64,000 nucleotides of DNA, taken from the IMG/VR virus record IMGVR_UViG_3300044729_003978, one strand, 5' to 3'. The position numbers and the translations under genes were made by a program. Position 1 is the stretch's first letter, and the number at the start of each line of letters is the position of its first letter. Source of the stretch: an uncultured virus (IMG/VR IMGVR_UViG_3300044729_003978) (taxonomy: Duplodnaviria; Heunggongvirae; Uroviricota; Caudoviricetes). Positions 8,717 to 18,115 of this stretch are shown here, in pieces. A model generated the notes under the pieces. It saw only the letters and a program-made list of their open reading frames with translations, was not told the DNA's origin and searched no databases.

Positions 8717-9540
8717 ATCAAAAATTGTCTTCAGCAGATATAAATTTTATAACAGAAAACATAGACAAAATTAGCATGGCGGAAATCAGTAGAAGATTAA
8801 ATTGTTCAGTAAAAACGATAGAAAGATATAAGAAAAAATTATCTGATATATCAAGCAAACCTGACCAGCCAACAGTTGAAGACAATATCGAAAAAGACTC
8901 AAATTTTTGGATAAGGGATTTAAACGCTTCAGCAAGAGGTAGGAGAATAAAAGCTATGCTTACAAAAAATGAGTGGGAATCTTTTTGCGAAGATTGGGCT
9001 GGGTATCATACTCAGTTAGACGATCTAAACCATACAGAGGAAAATAATATAGAGCAGATAATAATGTTAAAGCTTAGAATAGATAAAAATCAGCAGGATT
9101 ACTCTAAAAATCTAGAATTAAGAGATACTCTAATGAGAGAAAGTGGTGTAAGAGATATAAAAGATTTAGATTTAACAAACCCAAACGAAGCTCAAGTTTA
9201 CGAAAAAGTATTTGCTGCCGGGCTTAGACTTTCTGATTTAAACAAAGAGTACAAGGAACTTTTAGAGAAAAGCACAAAAATAAGCGAAAGCTTGAATATA
9301 ACAAGAAGACAAAGAGAAGAAAAAGGTAAAGTAGGAGCAGACACGCTTTTTTCGCTATTTAAAAAATTCGACTCTAAAAAGACAAGAAGTCAAGAAGGAA
9401 GAATGGCTGAGCTTATGAAGATGTCAATGCACAAAAAAACTGAAGAATTGAGAAACGCGGTAGAGTTTATGGACGGAGAAATAGCTCCGCAGCTTTTAGA
9501 TATACAAACAGTGAATGGATCAGGTGAAAACAATGAATAA
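8713..9540 (+). CDS. Probable terminase small subunit (N-terminal HTH plus coiled coil)
   Basis: SMAEISRRLNCSVKTIERY HTH; helical oligomerisation-like region; lies upstream of TerL. Confidence 0.5.
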   Translation: MNQKLSSADINFITENIDKISMAEISRRLNCSVKTIERYKKKLSDISSKPDQPTVEDNIEKDSNFWIRDLNASARGRRIKAMLTKNEWESFCEDWAGYHTQLDDLNHTEENNIEQIIMLKLRIDKNQQDYSKNLELRDTLMRESGVRDIKDLDLTNPNEAQVYEKVFAAGLRLSDLNKEYKELLEKSTKISESLNITRRQREEKGKVGADTLFSLFKKFDSKKTRSQEGRMAELMKMSMHKKTEELRNAVEFMDGEIAPQLLDIQTVNGSGENNE

Positions 9541-10516
9541 AAAAGCAATAATCACAGGGTGCCACGGACAAGACGGATCTTATCTGTCAGAGTTTTTATT
9601 GGAAAAGGGTTATGATGTATACGGAATATCTAGAAGAACCTCTTCAAGAGATAACAACTATCTAGACAACTGTCTAAAAAATGAAAGATTTTATCTAGTA
9701 AATCTAGATATAACAGACGCTTCTGGCGTTAGCAATATTGTGGCAAAAATAAGACCAGACGAATATTATAATCTAGCCGCTATGTCTCATGTTGGTCAAA
9801 GCTTCAAGGAGCCTCTAAACACTCTTAAAATAGACGGCGAAGCTGTTACCATAGCCTTAGAAGCGATAAGAAACAACAGTCCAGAGACAAGATTTTATCA
9901 GGCTTCAACATCAGAGCTTTTTGGAAATTCCATAGCTCCTCAATCAGAAAAAACAGAATTTGCACCAAGAAGCCCATACGCTGCTGCTAAGCTATACGCT
10001 CATAAAATGGTTGGCCTTTACAGAGAGGCCTATAAAATGCACGCGTCTTGCGGTATACTTTTTAATCATGAAAGTCCTAGAAGGGGTCTAGATTTTGTTA
10101 CTAGAAAAATAACTAGAGGTGTTGCTAAATTCATATTTACTAAAGAGAAATTTTCAATAGGCAATCTAGACGCAAAAAGAGACTGGGGTCACGCAAAAGA
10201 GTACGTCGAGGTAATGTGGAAAATGCTTCAAAAAGATACACCAGAAGATTATGTAATAGGTACAGGCGAAACCGCCTCTATTAGAGATGCTATTGAATAC
10301 GTTTGTTGGTTGGCTAATGTTAAAGAAAAGCCATACTATCAAGACGAGTCAATGATTAGACCAGCAGAGGTTTTTGAGCTTACGGCTAATCCAGAAAAGG
10401 CGGAATTTGGATTAGGCTGGAGAGCGCAAAATAATTGGAAAAAAGTTTTAGAAGACATGTTTGCTAGTGATTATAAGGAAATTAAAGAGCTTTACGATTC
10501 TAATTGTAGTGTATAA
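9533..10516 (+). CDS. gmd: GDP-mannose 4,6-dehydratase
   Basis: AIITGCHGQDGSYL, YNLAAMSHV, FYQASTSELFG, PRSPYAAAK, GILFNHESPRRG..FVTRKIT, GNLDAKRDWGHA. Confidence 0.95.
   Translation: MNKKAIITGCHGQDGSYLSEFLLEKGYDVYGISRRTSSRDNNYLDNCLKNERFYLVNLDITDASGVSNIVAKIRPDEYYNLAAMSHVGQSFKEPLNTLKIDGEAVTIALEAIRNNSPETRFYQASTSELFGNSIAPQSEKTEFAPRSPYAAAKLYAHKMVGLYREAYKMHASCGILFNHESPRRGLDFVTRKITRGVAKFIFTKEKFSIGNLDAKRDWGHAKEYVEVMWKMLQKDTPEDYVIGTGETASIRDAIEYVCWLANVKEKPYYQDESMIRPAEVFELTANPEKAEFGLGWRAQNNWKKVLEDMFASDYKEIKELYDSNCSV
10509..10514 (+). promoter_or_regulatory. GTGTAT candidate late promoter
   Basis: 13 nt before GTG 10522. Confidence 0.55.
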
Positions 10517-10521
10517 ACTGC

Positions 10522-10905
10522 GTGGCAAGAAAAAAGTATAGAAATAAAAGAGATACTGAGCTTTACAGAAATTTCAGAAGACAGGTTTTAAAAAGAGATA
10601 GTTACACTTGTCAGTATCCAGGATGCAAAATAAGAAGCGGGCTTGAAGTTCACCATATCAAGAAATACTCAGAACACTTTAGATTAAGAACAGAAGTCTT
10701 CAATGGAATAACGCTTTGCTTTAAGCACCACAATTTTGTTACTGGTAGAGAATCTGACTATGAAAGCTTGTTTTTTAGAACTGTAATGGCAAATTCAAGA
10801 CAGCCAGAATGGGAAAAATTAGATGCACCGAAAAACCTACGCGCAAGGAAGAAAAAAGGCAGAAAAAACGTTAAAAGAAACAATATACGCAAATATTATA
10901 ATTGA
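10522..10905 (+). CDS. HNH endonuclease (packaging-associated type)
   Basis: VLKRDSYTCQYPGC...LEVHHI...NGITLCFKHH. Confidence 0.9.
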   Translation: MARKKYRNKRDTELYRNFRRQVLKRDSYTCQYPGCKIRSGLEVHHIKKYSEHFRLRTEVFNGITLCFKHHNFVTGRESDYESLFFRTVMANSRQPEWEKLDAPKNLRARKKKGRKNVKRNNIRKYYN

Positions 10906-11377
10906 CTCAAGAGAAAAAAAGCCATGGGAATTTTCAGAAGGGCTTCCTAGCGGTTTCTTTGTAAAAGAAACTAAAACTATTGGATTGCCATGCGGAGACT
11001 ATTCGCTAGAGGGGTTCGATAATAAAGATGGAATCATAATAGAAAGAAAAAATAGTATTGAGGAGATAATAGGTAATTTTGGTAAAAACTGGGAAAGATT
11101 CCAAAAAGAACTAGATAAACTAGCTGAATATAAGAGATCATACATTCTTGTAGAAGACGACCTTAGAGACTCTTTCGCTAGATACGGTGCTAGAAATCCA
11201 AAAAAAGGAATGTACTTTACTTTATCTCCAGATTTTATAATAAAAAGAGCATGCGAAATAGATTATAAATGGGGCGTTAAAACTCTTTTTCTTTCAAATA
11301 AATATTTTGCAAAAAAGTACATGTGCAATATATTCAAAGCTCTTTTAGAAAGCAACCTTGACAAAAAACTGGACTAA
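10823..11377 (+). CDS. ERCC4/XPF-family nuclease domain protein (start uncertain)
   Basis: IIIDSREKKPW, LPCGDYSL, IIIERK, ILVE. Confidence 0.85.
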   Translation: MHRKTYAQGRKKAEKTLKETIYANIIIDSREKKPWEFSEGLPSGFFVKETKTIGLPCGDYSLEGFDNKDGIIIERKNSIEEIIGNFGKNWERFQKELDKLAEYKRSYILVEDDLRDSFARYGARNPKKGMYFTLSPDFIIKRACEIDYKWGVKTLFLSNKYFAKKYMCNIFKALLESNLDKKLD

Positions 11378-13376
11378 AGAACATATTCAGGAATATCTAA
11401 ATAACGCTTATTTAGAGATAGGCGATACTTATAATTTAGAAATAGAAAATCCTATAGACCTATCAGTAGGAAAGGACTTGGTTCCAGAACAGCTTGTAAG
11501 AATTTTTAAAGACATAGACTATCTGCCATTTACGGTAAAGACTCTTCTAAATATGAATCTTTTTCCGTATCAAATGTCTATACTAAATACTCTTTGGACT
11601 AAAAGACTACCTATGATATTAGCCACAAGAGGCGGCTCAAAAACCACAATGCTTGGTTGTTATGCTATAACAAAAGCTCTTCTAGATCAAGGTAGCAAGA
11701 TAGTTATAGCAGGTGCTGGTTTAAGACAGTCTGGTTTAGTATTTGAGTCCATGGAAAATATATGGAAAAACGCACCTATTCTACAAGATATATGTGGAGT
11801 GAATAATGGACCAAGACGTGGCGTTCTTGGGTTCACTTGGGAAATTGGTGATAGCAAAATAATGGGCATACCAATTGGAACAGGAGAAAAAATTAGAGGA
11901 CTCAGGGCAAACGTAATCATAGTTGACGAGTTTGGTTCTGTAAATCCAGATATATTTGAGACTGTTATTAGAGGATTTGCTTCTGTTCAAAGCAACAACA
12001 CTTTCGAAAAAGTAAAACATTATTATCAAATAGATGCGCTTAAAACAATAGGAATGTCCGATGAAGACATAAACGATTTTGTTGGCACTGCTAACAATGA
12101 AGGAAACCAAATAATAATAGCTGGAACAGCTACTTACCAGTTTAATCATTTTTATAAGTATTATCAAGATTATTGTAACATGATATATGATAATGCAAAA
12201 AATAATAATGAAAATTGCGAATACGCTGTTATTAGATTGCCTTGGGATAAGCTACCGAACGGTCTTATGGACAAAACAATATTAGAACAAGGCAAGGCAA
12301 CTATGGACTCCTCAATTTTTAAAATGGAGTATGGGTGCGTTTTTGCAAAAGACTCAGACGGTTTTTATCCAGCATCGGCAATACATAGGGCTACTTGTCC
12401 AATCAGAACAAAAGACGGAGAAATAAACTTTTTTGCTGAAGATTCTGGAGAAAATAACTCTAGATACGTTATGGGAATAGATCCCGCGTCTGAAAGAGAC
12501 AACTTTGCAATATCTATAGTGAAAATTTCAGATGAATCAAGTAGACAACTAGTATTTTGTTGGAGTACCAATAGAAAAAAGTTTGAACAAAGCAGAAAGA
12601 AAAAACCGCAGAACTTTGTGGGAATAGACGACTACAACACGTTTATATTAAGAAAGATACATGAACTTTGCGGAAGATTTAATATATCAAGAATAAATAT
12701 AGACTCTGGTGGAGGCGGAAGATCCGTAATAGAGGGTCTTAAAGATCAATCTAAACTAAAAGACGGAGAGTTTTGCATTTTTGACATGGACGATGATGAG
12801 GTGTCAGATAGAAAAGGCTCTCACATAATCAAGGTCATAGAATTCTCTTCTAGAGAATGGTACGAGGCTGCGCATTACAACTTACTAAAAGATATAACTA
12901 CAATGTCCATACTCTTCCCAGCCTATGATGCGATAACAGTTGAACAAACTAGAATGACGAATTCAGAAGAAGAAATAGGCGATTTTTCAATAGAAAATAT
13001 TCAGTATGAAATAGAGGAATGCAAATACCAAACGACACTAGTTCAAGAACAAACAACGGCTAAAGGAAATAAAACTTGGGACTTGCCAAAAATTAAAGGT
13101 GTTATAACAGAAGGCATAAAGAATAGACTCAGAAAAGACCATTTTACAAGCCTGCTTTTGGCTAATGATGCTGCTAGATCTTTAAATGTAAGAGAGCCTG
13201 ACGCAAGAACTACGTTTGGTGGTTACTCTTTAAAAGAGGCTGCGGCAAACAAAATGTTTGGAGGAAACATGTATCAAGGAAGAGGGCTTAAAAAGATGAA
13301 AAACATAAGCTCTAATATAAATAGACCTTCGAGTAGAAGTAGACCAGACGGATCAAACGGTAGTATAGCTTATTAA
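11358..13376 (+). CDS. terL: Terminase large subunit
   Basis: LFPYQ, Walker A ATRGGSKT, IRGLRANVIIVDE (Walker B), FKMEYGCVF, nuclease MGIDPA and KDHFTSLLLA. Confidence 0.92.
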   Translation: MTKNWTKEHIQEYLNNAYLEIGDTYNLEIENPIDLSVGKDLVPEQLVRIFKDIDYLPFTVKTLLNMNLFPYQMSILNTLWTKRLPMILATRGGSKTTMLGCYAITKALLDQGSKIVIAGAGLRQSGLVFESMENIWKNAPILQDICGVNNGPRRGVLGFTWEIGDSKIMGIPIGTGEKIRGLRANVIIVDEFGSVNPDIFETVIRGFASVQSNNTFEKVKHYYQIDALKTIGMSDEDINDFVGTANNEGNQIIIAGTATYQFNHFYKYYQDYCNMIYDNAKNNNENCEYAVIRLPWDKLPNGLMDKTILEQGKATMDSSIFKMEYGCVFAKDSDGFYPASAIHRATCPIRTKDGEINFFAEDSGENNSRYVMGIDPASERDNFAISIVKISDESSRQLVFCWSTNRKKFEQSRKKKPQNFVGIDDYNTFILRKIHELCGRFNISRINIDSGGGGRSVIEGLKDQSKLKDGEFCIFDMDDDEVSDRKGSHIIKVIEFSSREWYEAAHYNLLKDITTMSILFPAYDAITVEQTRMTNSEEEIGDFSIENIQYEIEECKYQTTLVQEQTTAKGNKTWDLPKIKGVITEGIKNRLRKDHFTSLLLANDAARSLNVREPDARTTFGGYSLKEAAANKMFGGNMYQGRGLKKMKNISSNINRPSSRSRPDGSNGSIAY

Positions 13377-13377
13377 A

Positions 13378-13971
13378 TTACTGAATACCGTGAACAAAAA
13401 CGTGATTTCCTATACGTATAAAAGTAGCTTTTACTTTTCGACCGTTAATTAAAACTTCTGCTGTCCAAGATGGTTTTTTTGGATTTGCGTCGCTTTGTTT
13501 AACAACTATTTTTACCCATTCTTCCTTATTGTTTCTAGAGTCTTTTGAATCTGGATTACAAAACAAATATATTTTTTTTGCCTGCTCTAAAGTTAATCCT
13601 GTGCCGTTTGTAAAAACAGAATAATCAACTTCTGGTATTGAGGTTATCGTTGCTCCTTCCATAGCTTTATCGTATCTAACGTTAAATTGTGCGCAGTTAG
13701 TAACTCCGTTCCATATTGAAAATTGCGATTTAGATAAACAGGCTATAACCTCCATATTTGTGCCATCATATAAAGAATTTGGCCTACGCATATAAGATGG
13801 TCCGTTTGCTCTATTTGCTATTACGTTTCTAACCGCCTTTTGTCCGTTAACTGGCTCTCCTTTACACTCACCGTTAAGCGTTGCTAATATTACATCAGTC
13901 TCACTTTTAGTACAAACAAAAGACTCAATAGCAGACATGGCAAATCTTAACTTGTTTAAAATATTTTTCAT
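13378..13971 (-). CDS. SleB/Hydrolase_2-like cell wall hydrolase with shared leader, inverted between terL and portal
   Basis: ATLNGECKGE...AVRNVIANR...SQFSIWN...RIGNHVF; leader MKNILNKLRFAMSA. Confidence 0.8.
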   Translation of the reverse strand: MKNILNKLRFAMSAIESFVCTKSETDVILATLNGECKGEPVNGQKAVRNVIANRANGPSYMRRPNSLYDGTNMEVIACLSKSQFSIWNGVTNCAQFNVRYDKAMEGATITSIPEVDYSVFTNGTGLTLEQAKKIYLFCNPDSKDSRNNKEEWVKIVVKQSDANPKKPSWTAEVLINGRKVKATFIRIGNHVFVHGIQ

Positions 13972-13979
13972 AAAATTTT

Positions 13980-13985
13980 ATACAC
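13980..13985 (-). promoter_or_regulatory. GTGTAT candidate late promoter
   Basis: 14 nt before ATG 13971 on the - strand; no SD. Confidence 0.6.
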
Positions 13986-14016
13986 TAATGATATAGTTTT
14001 TTAACTCCCTTTCAAT

Positions 14017-14022
14017 GTGTAT
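14017..14022 (+). promoter_or_regulatory. GTGTAT candidate late promoter
   Basis: 26-29 nt before the portal start. Confidence 0.55.
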
Positions 14023-14042
14023 GTGATTGTATTGAGATCCAA

Positions 14043-16046
14043 TTGATGGAAAAAAAGGAAACATTCTACACGTCAACAAACTCCTCTAAGCATGAAGCTT
14101 TAGAAAATCATGCCAAGTCTATGTCTGAAGTAAAAGCCGACCAGATGGCATTTGGCGGATTTTATTCAAACGTTGAAGACGGAATATCTGTAAGACCACC
14201 TTTCACAAGAAAGGCCTGGGAAAGATTTAGACCAAACGAGAAAATACCAACAAAAGACGCAGAGGTAATGACAGCGTGTAGAGAGGCTTACGAAAGCGTT
14301 GGTCTTATAAGATCAGTCGTTGACCTTATGACGGAGATAGCCGTTGAAGGCCTAGACCTAGTTAGCGAAAATGAAGGAATTCAAAACTTTTTTAAACAAT
14401 GGTCGCTAAAAACTAACATAAAAGAAAGAGCTGAAAGGTTTGCAAATTACTTTGTCGTAGAGGGAAATGTGGTTTTAGGAAGGAAGTTTGAGTCTATAGA
14501 TACGCCTTCTGTCAGAAGAATGAAGAGAGATTCTGCGAATGCAGCAAAAAAATCTAAAATACCTTTATCATATACATTTTATGACCCACAAACAATAGTT
14601 CTTATTGGTGGAGAGGCTGCTATATTTTCTGGAATAAAGCGATGGGGAGTTAAAATAAGTTCAACAAACATCTCTAACTTTAAAGCGCTCATAAAATCCC
14701 AAGGCTCAGATGTTATATCAAATGTTTCAGATGAAATTAAAAAGGCAATAATAAACGCAAAAACCGGAGCGGATTTAACGATTCAGTTTCCAGAAGATGA
14801 AATATATGTAGCGCATTACAAGAAAAAGGACAGCGCTGTTTGGGCAAAAAGTTTTATATATAGCATACTTCACGACGTAATATATAATGAAAAATTAAGA
14901 ATGGCAAAAATAAGCGCTTTAGATAGCTGGTATAACTCTGTAAGATTATGGCGTCTTGGAGATCATAAGGAAGAAATACTTCCAGACATAGGGTCTATAG
15001 TTAGACTCTCTAACGTTTTAGAAAATCACAGCGGAGGAACCCTAGACATAATATGGGATTCTATGTTGCAGTATGACCAGTACTTCCCACCGATAGAGAA
15101 ACTAGAAAATTTTACTGAAAACTATGAGTCTATGCTTCTAGGTCTTGGTATACATAAAAGCTTAGTCGGAGGTAACGCCGCTTCTAGCGGATCAAACGAT
15201 TCTTTCATGGGGCTAAGAAATCTCATGAAAAGAATAGACTCTATAAGAAGAGCTATTACGGAATGGATACAGTCAGAAATTGATATAGTTTCTGAAGAAC
15301 TAGGTTTTCAATCTAAGCCAAAAATAAAATTTAGCGTTGACAATCTTTTTGACCAACCAAGCTACTTTAAGCTTTTAACAGAACTTAACGATAGAAACAT
15401 AATATCAAATCAAACAATAGTTGAAAAGATTGGCGAAATGTGGGACATAGAAAAAGCAAGAGTGAGAAAAGAAGAAGAGGATAGAAAATCTGGAGACGTT
15501 TCTACGAAATATAGTCCTTTTATTCAAACAGAGATTCCAGACTCAAATCATAAAAAGAATAAAGAAATGTTAAAGCTTAAACAAGAAAGCACGACAGTTC
15601 CTGTTCAAATTACAGAGGACCCAAAACTAAGACCTGGAAGACCAGACGGTAGCCGAGATAAGGTTAAGCGAAAAGTATCAAAAAGAATAAGGGCTTACGA
15701 ATTAGCAGCAGCGGAAGACTTTCAAAACAGCGTAGACGCGGTTCTAGACGAGTATTTTTTAAATCAATTTAATGCGCAAAATAAAAGACAATTAACCGCT
15801 AAGCAAAAAGAGATAATTGAGGCCGCCAAGAATAAGGTATTTTCAAAATACGGAGGCCTAGAAATTTCAAAAGATGAAATATTTAAAATAGCGAATAGTG
15901 ATGTAGACTTTTCAAAATTTGAATCGGTTGTAGCAAAGGAGCTTAGGGAAATAGTAAACCCAACAACCGCAAACGCTAGGATGGTTAAAAACACAATTCT
16001 CGCTAAAATGGCTAGCGTATTCAAAGACCAACATAAAAACGCTTAA
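14043..16046 (+). CDS. Portal protein
   Basis: Position between TerL and protease; CREAYESVGLIRSVVDLMTE, FVVEGNV, LGIHKSLVGG, C-terminal PGRP motif; 667 aa. Confidence 0.8.
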   Translation: MMEKKETFYTSTNSSKHEALENHAKSMSEVKADQMAFGGFYSNVEDGISVRPPFTRKAWERFRPNEKIPTKDAEVMTACREAYESVGLIRSVVDLMTEIAVEGLDLVSENEGIQNFFKQWSLKTNIKERAERFANYFVVEGNVVLGRKFESIDTPSVRRMKRDSANAAKKSKIPLSYTFYDPQTIVLIGGEAAIFSGIKRWGVKISSTNISNFKALIKSQGSDVISNVSDEIKKAIINAKTGADLTIQFPEDEIYVAHYKKKDSAVWAKSFIYSILHDVIYNEKLRMAKISALDSWYNSVRLWRLGDHKEEILPDIGSIVRLSNVLENHSGGTLDIIWDSMLQYDQYFPPIEKLENFTENYESMLLGLGIHKSLVGGNAASSGSNDSFMGLRNLMKRIDSIRRAITEWIQSEIDIVSEELGFQSKPKIKFSVDNLFDQPSYFKLLTELNDRNIISNQTIVEKIGEMWDIEKARVRKEEEDRKSGDVSTKYSPFIQTEIPDSNHKKNKEMLKLKQESTTVPVQITEDPKLRPGRPDGSRDKVKRKVSKRIRAYELAAAEDFQNSVDAVLDEYFLNQFNAQNKRQLTAKQKEIIEAAKNKVFSKYGGLEISKDEIFKIANSDVDFSKFESVVAKELREIVNPTTANARMVKNTILAKMASVFKDQHKNA

Positions 16047-16057
16047 TATAAAATCCA

Positions 16058-16063
16058 GTGTAT
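16058..16063 (+). promoter_or_regulatory. GTGTAT candidate late promoter
   Basis: 23 nt before ATG 16081, followed by an AAGGT SD. Confidence 0.6.
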
Positions 16064-16080
16064 AACCGAAAGGTAATATA

Positions 16081-18069
16081 ATGAACATTTTTAAATCAGA
16101 AGAGACAATATCAGATCTAATTAAAAGCAATAAAACAACGTCCGAGATAAACTATCTAGTTGGTTTAGATAAAAATAAGGGCGAAGAGCTAGCAACAGCT
16201 TGCCAAGGAAATGCTTGCGCGCTTTCCGCACTAAAAGAAAAAAATTATAAGATAACAGATGATATAATGCCAATATCATCAATTTTGGTCACAGATATAT
16301 GGAACGCCAACAACGATGTTTTTACAGCGGAAGAAATCGTTAAGGCATATGAAACTCCAGAGTTTAAACCAATAAACTGGATGCATAGAGGGTCTGAAGA
16401 CACGGAAAATGAAAATATAGGAGTTATGGTAAAATCAAAATTAGTCTACGGCGGTTTGCCAGAGATTAACTACATGACAGATGAAGAAGCGGGCGTATTT
16501 AATACAGAAGGCAATACTCTTTCTGGAAACGTCCACATAAAACAGGATGGCATAATATGGTCTCAATACTTTCCAACATACGCATCAAAGATTAAAAATG
16601 GAATTGGAGAAGGTAAAATATACGTTTCGATGGAGTGTTTTTTCGAAGATTTTGGCTACTGCCTTAGAAAAAACGAAGACGATGAAAACCCTCTATTTAT
16701 AGATAGAACAGACGCTACATCACATATTAGCAAAGATCTAACTTCTTATGGAGGTAGCGGCAAGACAAAGTATAAAGGTAAGAAATACCAGGTTGGAAGA
16801 TGGCTTAAAAATATAATTTTTTCTGGACAAGGAATAGTTTTTGAGCCAGCAAATAAAAGAAAGGGCAAAATATTGAGTATAATAATAAAAGATGAAAATA
16901 AATCAAAAGCGGATGTAATAGGATTTGATCCAGCTGCAGCAAATCCGCCAACAGCACCAGTCCAAGCTCCGAATACAATTCTAAATCCATTAGAAACTCA
17001 GACAACAAACACTTTGAATCCAAGCCTTGTGTCAACACCATTAGAGCTTTCAAAAAATTTAAATATGCCAAAAACAAGTGTAGATCCAGCAGACGGTCTA
17101 CTCTTCTATACTGCAAAGGAAGCGGAAAAAGTTGGCGAAATAGAAATGGGCTGCACTGGTCACCACCTATACCAACAAGACAGGCACTCCGATAACCCGC
17201 TTTTATATGCTAAATTGATCGCTGATCCTTCAGACTTAGAAGATCAAATGAAAGTTGCTAGATACAGACCTTGCGATGATGAAAGAGAGTTAAGATTTGT
17301 TTTAGAAGATATGGCAAAAAAGGGCCTAAGCCTAAGAAGAGGCGGACTTATTTCTCCTAGCCAGACAACATCTTTTCAACCAAGTGTTCCAGGAGGAGGC
17401 GGGGAAAACATAGGTGGAGTAATGACATCAGATACTACCACTGGTCAACCAGGCGGAACAGATATGGGTCAGGCCCAAAGCCAAGACAATACTTCAATAA
17501 ACAATAGTTTATCAGATAATTATAAAAAAGTGTATGAAAACAAAAGAGAGGCTAAATTGGAAAAAATAACAGAAGAAGAAATCGAACAAGTAATGGATCT
17601 TGCTACAGGCAAGATATCAGAGCTTTCCGCTGAAAACTTGGAGTATGAAAAAGCTATAGCCGAGGCAACGGAATATATAGAAAAACTAAACAGCCAAATT
17701 AAAGAACTTCAAGCATTTGCAGCAGAAGTTGAAGAAATAGCAGATAAAGCCAACGCTCAAAAGACTGTTGCAAAAAGAAAGACAGAACTAGAGAGCATTG
17801 TTGGTCTAGATCTTCTAGATATATCCGACAAAGACATTGAGGCTATGAACGAAGCATCATATGCTATACTCAAGAAGTCTATGGCGAAAACAGCTTCAGC
17901 TATAGATAAGGCTGCCGAAGATTTAGAGAAGGCAAAAGCTGCCTCAGTAGCAATTAGTCACAAACCAAGACAAACTTCAGCACCAATGGTCGTTTCCTCA
18001 GAAGTTATTGAAACAAAGAAAAACTCTGCGGAAGCACTAATAGGCTTTGCTTTTTCGAAGAAGCGATAA
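16081..18069 (+). CDS. Prohead maturation protease fused to a C-terminal coiled-coil scaffold
   Basis: NANNDVF, KPINWMH (His), YVSMEC (Ser), FSGQGIV..PA resemble HK97/assemblin-fold proteases; acidic coiled-coil C-terminus; between portal and capsid genes. Confidence 0.75.
   Translation: MNIFKSEETISDLIKSNKTTSEINYLVGLDKNKGEELATACQGNACALSALKEKNYKITDDIMPISSILVTDIWNANNDVFTAEEIVKAYETPEFKPINWMHRGSEDTENENIGVMVKSKLVYGGLPEINYMTDEEAGVFNTEGNTLSGNVHIKQDGIIWSQYFPTYASKIKNGIGEGKIYVSMECFFEDFGYCLRKNEDDENPLFIDRTDATSHISKDLTSYGGSGKTKYKGKKYQVGRWLKNIIFSGQGIVFEPANKRKGKILSIIIKDENKSKADVIGFDPAAANPPTAPVQAPNTILNPLETQTTNTLNPSLVSTPLELSKNLNMPKTSVDPADGLLFYTAKEAEKVGEIEMGCTGHHLYQQDRHSDNPLLYAKLIADPSDLEDQMKVARYRPCDDERELRFVLEDMAKKGLSLRRGGLISPSQTTSFQPSVPGGGGENIGGVMTSDTTTGQPGGTDMGQAQSQDNTSINNSLSDNYKKVYENKREAKLEKITEEEIEQVMDLATGKISELSAENLEYEKAIAEATEYIEKLNSQIKELQAFAAEVEEIADKANAQKTVAKRKTELESIVGLDLLDISDKDIEAMNEASYAILKKSMAKTASAIDKAAEDLEKAKAASVAISHKPRQTSAPMVVSSEVIETKKNSAEALIGFAFSKKR
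17557..18069 (+). CDS. Nested in-frame scaffold protein (internal TTG start)
   Basis: Internal GTGTAT at 17530-17535, AGAGAGG SD at about 17545-17551, and an in-frame TTG at the start of the coiled coil. Confidence 0.6.
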   Translation: MEKITEEEIEQVMDLATGKISELSAENLEYEKAIAEATEYIEKLNSQIKELQAFAAEVEEIADKANAQKTVAKRKTELESIVGLDLLDISDKDIEAMNEASYAILKKSMAKTASAIDKAAEDLEKAKAASVAISHKPRQTSAPMVVSSEVIETKKNSAEALIGFAFSKKR

Positions 18070-18090
18070 TTTCTCCGAAAAATAAAAACA

Positions 18091-18096
18091 GTGTAT
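18091..18096 (+). promoter_or_regulatory. GTGTAT candidate late promoter
   Basis: 25 nt before ATG 18116, AAGGT SD. Confidence 0.6.
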
Positions 18097-18115
18097 ATTT
18101 AACAAAGGTAAAAAA

